A stretch of 13,264 bases of DNA from Fidelibacterota bacterium (GTDB lineage: Bacteria; Fidelibacterota; Marinisomatia; Marinisomatales; S15-B10), in NCBI GenBank assembly GCA_046861655.1, contig JBHIAI010000045.1, positions 1 to 13,264 of the forward strand, in the 5' to 3' direction. The notes beneath the pieces were generated by a model. That model searched no databases, was not told the origin of the DNA, and worked only from the letters and a program-made list of their open reading frames with translations. A program made the translations under genes and the position numbers. Every line of letters starts with the position of its first letter. Positions within the stretch are counted from its first letter, which is position 1. This document shows positions 7,833 through 13,264 of the stretch, piece by piece.

Positions 7833-8294
7833 ATGGCCAGTCCTCCCACACCCGTGAGGATCGCAGTGTTCGGAGGATCTCACTGCCCGGAGCATATCTA
7901 TGAAAAGGCCCAGGCTGTGGGACGGCTTCTGGCCCAAAAGGGTGTTCTCGTATACTGCGGTGGACGAACGGGGGTGATGGAGGCAGTGAGCCGGGGAGTC
8001 CGGGAAGAAAACGGAACGGTTGTGGGTATCCTCCCGGAAGCCGACAGCGACGGCGCCAACCCCTTCGTTGACATTCCGGTGGCCACCGGGGCGGGAAGTG
8101 CCAGAAACGTCATGATCGTGAACTCCGTCCACGGTGCCATCGCCATCGATGGATACTACGGCACCCTCTCGGAGATCGGCCATGCCTTGAGGGCTGGAAA
8201 ACCTGTCGTGGGGCTAGAAACCTGGGACATCAAGGGTGTCCACGTGGTGTCAACCCCCGAAGAAAGTGTTCAAACGATCCTGGAGCTCATATGA
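7833..8294 (+). CDS. TIGR00725-family / LOG-like (SLOG) nucleotide-binding protein
   Basis: IAVFGGS, CGGRTGVMEAVSRG, VGILP, ATGAGSARN, IAIDGYYGTLSEIGHALRAGKPVVGL. Confidence 0.85.
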   Translation: MASPPTPVRIAVFGGSHCPEHIYEKAQAVGRLLAQKGVLVYCGGRTGVMEAVSRGVREENGTVVGILPEADSDGANPFVDIPVATGAGSARNVMIVNSVHGAIAIDGYYGTLSEIGHALRAGKPVVGLETWDIKGVHVVSTPEESVQTILELI

Positions 8295-8572
8295 CTGACA
8301 ACATTTGCGTCGCGATCCGGATCGAGGGAAGGGTCCAGATGGTGGGTTTTCGCTGGTTTGTACGCCAGTGGGCCGATGATCTCGGACTGTCCGGATGGGT
8401 CCGGAACAACCCCGACGGGTCTGTTGGGGTGGAGGTGGAAGGCAACAAAGAAAAGGTGGAAACCCTGGTGACCTATCTCAAGGAGGGTCCCAAACTGGCA
8501 CGGGTGGAGCACGTGAAGGTGGATTCGAAGCCGTTCGAAAACCGGTTCCGGTCCTTCGAAATCCGGTATTGA
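8291..8572 (+). CDS. acyP: Acylphosphatase
   Basis: 93 aa; GRVQMVGFRW (family GRVQGVGFR), GWVRNNPDGSV, GPKLARVE, FEIRY. ATGA overlap with the upstream gene. Confidence 0.93.
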   Translation: MTDNICVAIRIEGRVQMVGFRWFVRQWADDLGLSGWVRNNPDGSVGVEVEGNKEKVETLVTYLKEGPKLARVEHVKVDSKPFENRFRSFEIRY

Positions 8573-8577
8573 TGACA

Positions 8578-8612
8578 GGTGATACGTAAAGAGTAATCCG
8601 TAATGCGTAATT
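8578..8612 (+). repeat. Five degenerate tandem heptamers, consensus CGTAATN
   Basis: GGTGATA CGTAAAG AGTAATC CGTAATG CGTAATT directly after the acyP stop. Confidence 0.7.
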
Positions 8613-8624
8613 GGAAGTTCACGT

Positions 8625-8660
8625 CCGCCCCCTGTCTACTGCCCACTGCCCACTGCCCAC
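8625..8660 (+). repeat. Tandem heptamer array, consensus CTGCCCA
   Basis: CCGCCCC CTGTCTA CTGCCCA CTGCCCA CTGCCCA C; three perfect copies at 8639-8659. Confidence 0.85.
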
Positions 8661-8685
8661 CAACCTTGTCGCAGGTACCTGAACT

Positions 8686-10299
8686 ATGACGGTAGCCCTT
8701 TGCCAGATCAATCCCACCGTAGGGGATTTTCCCTACAACCGGGACAAAATACTTTCGTATTACGGCCAGGCTGTCTCCAGGGGGGCGGACCTTGTGATCT
8801 TCCCCGAACTGAGCGTGACGGGGTATCCTCCGCAGGACCTTCTTCTGGAACCAGGCTTCGTGGAGAGAAACTTAAGATTCGTACAGGATATCACCCGGAA
8901 AATCAAAGAGATCCCGGCCATCGTTGGGTTCGTGAGGCAAGAGGACTCCCGGTTGTACAACTCGGCCGCTCTGATCAAGGACGGGGCGATCATGACCGTG
9001 TACGATAAGGTGTTGCTTCCCACCTACGACGTATTTGACGAAGACCGGTATTTCTCCGCAGGGCAGGATGTAAGTCCCGTATCCCTTCAGGTTGGTAGCG
9101 AACCCTTGAAAGTAGGCATTCAGATTTGCGAGGACCTGTGGGACAGGGAGTATGACCGGAAGGTTTCCCGGGAGATGGTGGGAAACGGTGCCCAGTGGCT
9201 GATCAACATATCGGCATCGCCCTTCAACGAGGGCAAGCGGTTTGAGCGCATGGACCTCATCATGGAGAAGGTGACAGAACTGAGCGTACCCTTTATCTAC
9301 TGCAACCTGGTGGGTGCCCAGGATGATCTCATTTTTGATGGCCATTCTCTGGTCTACGACGCGAAGGGAAACCTCCTGGCGGAAGGGAGGCAGTTTGAGG
9401 AAGAGCTGTTGGTGGTGGACCTTTCAGAGGGGAAGGCAATAGAGCCGAGACCCTTCAACCGGGAGGAAGAGCTGTTCAACGGGCTGGTCCTGGGAACCCG
9501 GGACTACTTCAGGAAGACCGGTCATACTCGATCCGTCATCGGCCTGAGCGGAGGAGTCGATTCGGCCCTGACGGCTTGCATTGCCACACAAGCCCTGGGA
9601 AAGGAGAATGTCCTCTGCCTGTTCATGCCCTCACCGTTCAGTTCCGAATCCAGCCTGGAAGATTCGAAGGCACTCACCCAAAACCTGGGGGTGGAACTCA
9701 TCTCCATTCCCATCGATTCCCTGATGAACGAGTACGCCCGGGCCCTGGAACCCCATTTTCATGACAGGCAGAGAGACGTGACTGAGGAAAACGTGCAGGC
9801 CAGGATCCGGGGAAACCTGTTGATGGCCTTCTCCAACAAGTTGGGATATCTCGTTCTATCCACCGGAAACAAAACCGAGCTGGCCCTGGGATACTGTACC
9901 CTGTACGGAGACATGAGCGGCGGTCTTGCCGTTATCAGTGATCTCGCCAAGACCGATGTCTATGACGTGGCAAGATGGGTCAACAGGTCAAAAGGAAGAG
10001 CCGTCATTCCGGAGACCATCCTGTCCAAGATTCCCTCAGCCGAACTGGCGGAAGGGCAGGTGGATCCCTTCGACTATGATGTGGTGAGTCCGCTGGTGGA
10101 GGAAATAGTGGAAGAGAAAAGGAAAAAAAACGAGTTGGTTGAGATGGGATACGAAAGGGAACTGGTAGACCGTATCTATGCCCTCATCCACCGTGCGGAG
10201 TTCAAGAGGCGCCAGGCGGCTCCCGGGCTCCGGGTGACCACCAAGGCTTTCGGTACAGGAAGAAGGTACCCAATCGTGAACCGGTTCGATGGCCCGTAG
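8686..10299 (+). CDS. nadE: Glutamine-dependent NAD+ synthetase
   Basis: Nitrilase-fold domain with E-K-C triad (IFPEL, YDKVLLPTYDVFDEDRYF, ICEDLW) fused to a synthetase domain (GLSGGVDS, ENVQARIRG, TGNKTELALGYCTLYGD, EFKRRQAAPG). Confidence 0.96.
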   Translation: MTVALCQINPTVGDFPYNRDKILSYYGQAVSRGADLVIFPELSVTGYPPQDLLLEPGFVERNLRFVQDITRKIKEIPAIVGFVRQEDSRLYNSAALIKDGAIMTVYDKVLLPTYDVFDEDRYFSAGQDVSPVSLQVGSEPLKVGIQICEDLWDREYDRKVSREMVGNGAQWLINISASPFNEGKRFERMDLIMEKVTELSVPFIYCNLVGAQDDLIFDGHSLVYDAKGNLLAEGRQFEEELLVVDLSEGKAIEPRPFNREEELFNGLVLGTRDYFRKTGHTRSVIGLSGGVDSALTACIATQALGKENVLCLFMPSPFSSESSLEDSKALTQNLGVELISIPIDSLMNEYARALEPHFHDRQRDVTEENVQARIRGNLLMAFSNKLGYLVLSTGNKTELALGYCTLYGDMSGGLAVISDLAKTDVYDVARWVNRSKGRAVIPETILSKIPSAELAEGQVDPFDYDVVSPLVEEIVEEKRKKNELVEMGYERELVDRIYALIHRAEFKRRQAAPGLRVTTKAFGTGRRYPIVNRFDGP

Positions 10300-10747
10300 G
10301 GTCCTAACCATCCTCCTTTTCCTGGCGGCCGTAGAGCTGCCCGGAACGTCGGCACCCCAGGGCCTGGACCGAGATTCGGAATTCTGGAACTCCCTGAATG
10401 ACGGGGAGAAGATCGTTTTTCTCCAGGGGGTGTACACAGGACTGTTTGAAAGTCTCCAGGTAATGGGCGAGGAGGCCTCAAGGCAGAAAGACCGGGATCC
10501 CTACTGGATCCCTCCCTTCGTTCACGAACGAACGACCCGCCAGGTTAAGGAATACTTTTCGGATACACTGGGTTTTGACTACAAAACCATGTCAGGACTG
10601 CTGGACGCTTTCTATTCCAATCCAGACAACGGCGATATCGACGTCATGTCCGCCCTGCACATTCTGATGCTTCATCAGGATGGACACATAAGACGGGCGA
10701 ACGAACTGCTCCTCATGAAACAGAGGGAAACCCTGAAAGATAGATAG
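10289..10747 (+). CDS. Hypothetical exported alpha-helical protein
   Basis: 152 aa ORF filling the nadE-comEC gap on the same strand with an 11-nt overlap with nadE. Signal-peptide-like N-terminus MARRVLTILLFLAAVELPGTSA. Confidence 0.75.
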   Translation: MARRVLTILLFLAAVELPGTSAPQGLDRDSEFWNSLNDGEKIVFLQGVYTGLFESLQVMGEEASRQKDRDPYWIPPFVHERTTRQVKEYFSDTLGFDYKTMSGLLDAFYSNPDNGDIDVMSALHILMLHQDGHIRRANELLLMKQRETLKDR

Positions 10748-10787
10748 TCCCCGGAGTCCATACCTCAGCCGGTTGAGCTCAGCTCAC

Positions 10788-13151
10788 ATGAGGGCACCGC
10801 TGGTGTCCTTTTCTCTTTTCTTCGCAGCGGGAATCCTGGTTCAGTACCATTACGATGTTGGGGGATTCTTGTTGCCGGTCCTGTCCGGGATAGGTCTTAT
10901 TCTGGCCTGGATCACCCGGTCTTCCCGTTTTCTCCTCGGCATCCTGTGGGGTCTCACCTTTCTGGGCGGAATGTTGAGATTCGGACAGGTGGAGGCCCGG
11001 TACGACGAAATCGAGCGTATGCTGACACTTTTCAACGGAAACGTGGTGACAGTACGGGGAAAGATTTTGACTGTATCCCCGACACAGAGGGGATTGAGGT
11101 ACTTGATAAGAAGCGACGAAATTGCTGACCCGGGAACTACCGTAAGGCCCCGTATCAGACTGCACATGTTCACGGGCGACTCCGTTCAATTGGACATCGG
11201 TTCGCCCGTTCAGGTCGCCGGGAGATTCCAGACCCTGAAAGAACCCCGGAATCCGGGGGAATTCAACTTCCGGTCGTTCTACCACCGCAGGAACATATGG
11301 GGGCAGATCTTTCCTGCGGACTCCAGGCATATCCGTCTGGAAGAACCCCGTGGGAGGATCGATCTTTCCGGTAAGATTGAGCGAATCCGGTATTCACTCA
11401 AGGGGCAGTTTGACAGCACGGTGGGCGGTCACCCGGCCGGTCTTCTGAGCGCCCTCGTTGTGGGTTTACGAAAAGAGCTGCCCCATGAGATTGAAGAGGA
11501 TTTTGCCGACAGCGGCGTGATTCATGTTCTGGCCGTCTCGGGACTGCACGTGGGGTACGTCCTTATCATCCTGGCCGCTCTCATCAAGCTTTTCAGAGTC
11601 CCCTACCGGTGGGACAAACTCCTGTTGGTCCTGGCCCTGGTGGGATTTGCCGTTCTTTCCGGGGGAAAGCCCAGCGTATGGAGGGCCACCCTCATGGCTT
11701 CCCTGTTTGTCCTGGCGCCACTGGTTCAAAGGGATGTGAATCTCTGGAACATCCTCGCAGCCTCGGGACTCATTCTGCTCATTCACAATCCATCGGATCT
11801 GTTCGACCCTGGCTTTCTTCTGTCCTATTCAGCCGTCATTTCCATCGTCTTCCTGTACGGACAATTTGAGAATCTCCTTCCCAAGAGATTCCAGGTGAGA
11901 TCCCAGGGGAATCCTTTGCTGAAGGGGGCGGCGGCACTGTTCATCGTGTCCCTGGCGGCTCAAATCGGGACGATTCCCTTTACCTGGTCCTTTTTCAACC
12001 GGATTCCAGTGGCCTCGGTGGCCGCGAATGTGCTGGTGGTGCCCCTGGTGGGCGTTCTGGTGGCCACGGGATTCGCCATCCTAACCGTGGGCAGTCTTTT
12101 GTCTCAGGCGGGATGGGCCCTGGGGAACGGGGCCTGGGGGCTCAGCGAACTCACTTTCTGGTTTACCCGCCAATTTTCCCGGTTTCCCTTGAGTTTTCTC
12201 GAGATGCCCGAGCCGTCGGGCTTGAACCTGGTGCAGTATGGACTGGTGATGCTGACCCTCCTGTTGCTGGCCCGGAAGGACGCAAGAAAAAGGGGCATTC
12301 TGGTGGGAGGTTTTGCCCTCAATCTCATGGTGTGGCCGTGGGCACTCCAGGACAGAACCCTCGATGTGATATTCCTGGATGTTGGGCAGGGAGACGCCGC
12401 AGTGGTCAGAGTGCCCGGTGGATTCGGCCGGGCAAAGACCATTTTGGTGGACGCCGGCAGAAAAGACGTTTTCTTCGACGCGGGAGAGGGAACTGTGGTT
12501 CCGGTGATGAAACACCTGGGAGTCGACCGGGTGGATCTTCTTATCATGACCCATCCACACAATGACCATATTGGTGGGGTAGAAACGGTGCTGGAAGAAA
12601 TGAAGGTCAGTGAAATCTGGGATACCCATTCCACTCACAGCTCCCAGGTGTATGAAAGCATAAGACGGAAACTGTCCCGCCTGTCCGTTTCCTACCGCCG
12701 GGTTCAGCCCGGTGAATGGCAGACCACGTTCTCGCCGCTGCACATATTCGTCTTGTATCCCGACAGCGCCCGGGCTTCCCGTGAGAAGAACGTGAACAAC
12801 ACGAGCCTGGTGGTGAAGCTCCTCTACGGACAAACTTCCATTCTTCTCCTGGGTGACCTTGAATCAGAGGGCGACCGCGAGATTCTCTCCATCGGGGAGC
12901 TGATTCAGTCGGATGTGATGAAGGTGGGTCACCATGGGTCCCGAACCGGCACCAGCGACGAACTTCTTCATGCGGTTCAGCCGAAGTTTGCAGTGGTATC
13001 TGTGGGAGAGAGAAACCGGTTTGATCATCCGTCCGAGGAGGTTCTTCTCCGCATCACCGAATCAGGGGCCAAACTCTGGCGAACCGACAGGGACGGAGCC
13101 GTCTGGCTCCGGTCCGACGGGCGAAAAGTCTGGCACCACGCCTGGCAGTAG
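10788..13151 (+). CDS. comEC: DNA internalization competence protein ComEC/Rec2 (OB/DUF4131 + Competence + metallo-beta-lactamase domains)
   Basis: PRNPGEFNFRSFY, SGVIHVLAVSGLHVG, PSVWRATLM, FDPGFLLSYSAV, FLDVGQGDA, THPHNDHIGG, NNTSLV, LLGDLE, KVGHHGS, ISVG-like VSVGERNRFDHPS, WRTDRDGAV. ATG 10788 preferred over TTG 10773. Confidence 0.95.
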   Translation: MRAPLVSFSLFFAAGILVQYHYDVGGFLLPVLSGIGLILAWITRSSRFLLGILWGLTFLGGMLRFGQVEARYDEIERMLTLFNGNVVTVRGKILTVSPTQRGLRYLIRSDEIADPGTTVRPRIRLHMFTGDSVQLDIGSPVQVAGRFQTLKEPRNPGEFNFRSFYHRRNIWGQIFPADSRHIRLEEPRGRIDLSGKIERIRYSLKGQFDSTVGGHPAGLLSALVVGLRKELPHEIEEDFADSGVIHVLAVSGLHVGYVLIILAALIKLFRVPYRWDKLLLVLALVGFAVLSGGKPSVWRATLMASLFVLAPLVQRDVNLWNILAASGLILLIHNPSDLFDPGFLLSYSAVISIVFLYGQFENLLPKRFQVRSQGNPLLKGAAALFIVSLAAQIGTIPFTWSFFNRIPVASVAANVLVVPLVGVLVATGFAILTVGSLLSQAGWALGNGAWGLSELTFWFTRQFSRFPLSFLEMPEPSGLNLVQYGLVMLTLLLLARKDARKRGILVGGFALNLMVWPWALQDRTLDVIFLDVGQGDAAVVRVPGGFGRAKTILVDAGRKDVFFDAGEGTVVPVMKHLGVDRVDLLIMTHPHNDHIGGVETVLEEMKVSEIWDTHSTHSSQVYESIRRKLSRLSVSYRRVQPGEWQTTFSPLHIFVLYPDSARASREKNVNNTSLVVKLLYGQTSILLLGDLESEGDREILSIGELIQSDVMKVGHHGSRTGTSDELLHAVQPKFAVVSVGERNRFDHPSEEVLLRITESGAKLWRTDRDGAVWLRSDGRKVWHHAWQ

Positions 13152-13187
13152 GAAGGCCACCTAACCCCCCAGTTTCCTGTTCCCTCT

Positions 13188-13260
13188 AATCCCGACGGAT
13201 GCCGGGGGATTCATAAGATGTCATCGCACCGACAGATGTCTCGGGGAATTTTTTGTTGTA
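13188..13260 (+). other. Two degenerate CCGAC-RGAT-GYC hairpins followed by a T-rich tract; possible terminator or REP-like remnants
   Basis: AATCCCGACGGATGCCGGGGGATT (13188-13211) and CCGACAGATGTCTCGGGG (13229-13246), then AATTTTTTGTTG. Confidence 0.35.
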
Positions 13261-13264
13261 TTTG

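Noticed and set aside
8570..8575. TGA-TGA at the acyP end as selenocysteine or readthrough
   Set aside because: The protein ends at the normal family C-terminus (FEIRY) and no SECIS-like hairpin follows.
8578..8660. CRISPR array
   Set aside because: Units are 7 nt and contiguous with no spacers, and there are no cas genes.
2684..12833. Long antisense or alternate-frame ORFs (e.g. 2684..3520, 6893..7435, 7635..8183, 10779..11330, 12081..12833)
   Set aside because: They lie within well-supported genes, lack motifs, and are expected shadow ORFs in GC-rich coding DNA.
13131..13147. Sigma-54 -24/-12 promoter at TGGCACCACGCCTGGCA; also TGGCAG at 1691
   Set aside because: The GC is 11 rather than 10 nt from the GG and the site lies inside comEC; the 1691 site has no -12 GC.
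1781..13151. A novel anti-phage or defence system built from the SLOG protein, NadE and the MBL nuclease
   Set aside because: Each protein has the full canonical housekeeping architecture (TIGR00725, Gln-dependent NadE, three-domain ComEC); there are no TIR, SIR2 or effector fusions and no mobile-island context.

Overview
Bacterial chromosomal window, GC-rich in coding regions and mostly housekeeping. The receiver-less sigma-54 activator next to an lptE-like gene suggests an FCB-superphylum organism, possibly Marinimicrobia-like (inference). Minus strand: a D-glycerate dehydrogenase/glyoxylate reductase followed by only the 5' end of a MOFRL/GckA-type glycerate kinase. That fragment collides near 127-135 with a plus-strand fragment of a GT-C/TMTC-like membrane protein at an imperfect inverted repeat. 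Plus strand, from a consensus sigma-70 promoter: uvrB, a GalE-like NAD-dependent epimerase, a receiver-less sigma-54 AAA+/Fis activator, an LptE-like lipoprotein with an acidic DxDxDG insertion, asnS, a TIGR00725/LOG-family protein, acylphosphatase, glutamine-dependent nadE, a secreted hypothetical protein and comEC. I found no tRNA, rRNA, CRISPR array, transposase or defence system. The most unusual signals are non-coding: two spacers built from degenerate 7-mer/8-mer tandem arrays that look like empty cassette ends (322-578, 8573-8685), a GTAG-led 32-bp palindrome before asnS, and divergent promoters that each carry a palindrome in the 17-bp spacer. I cannot support a complete novel system; these are leads only.
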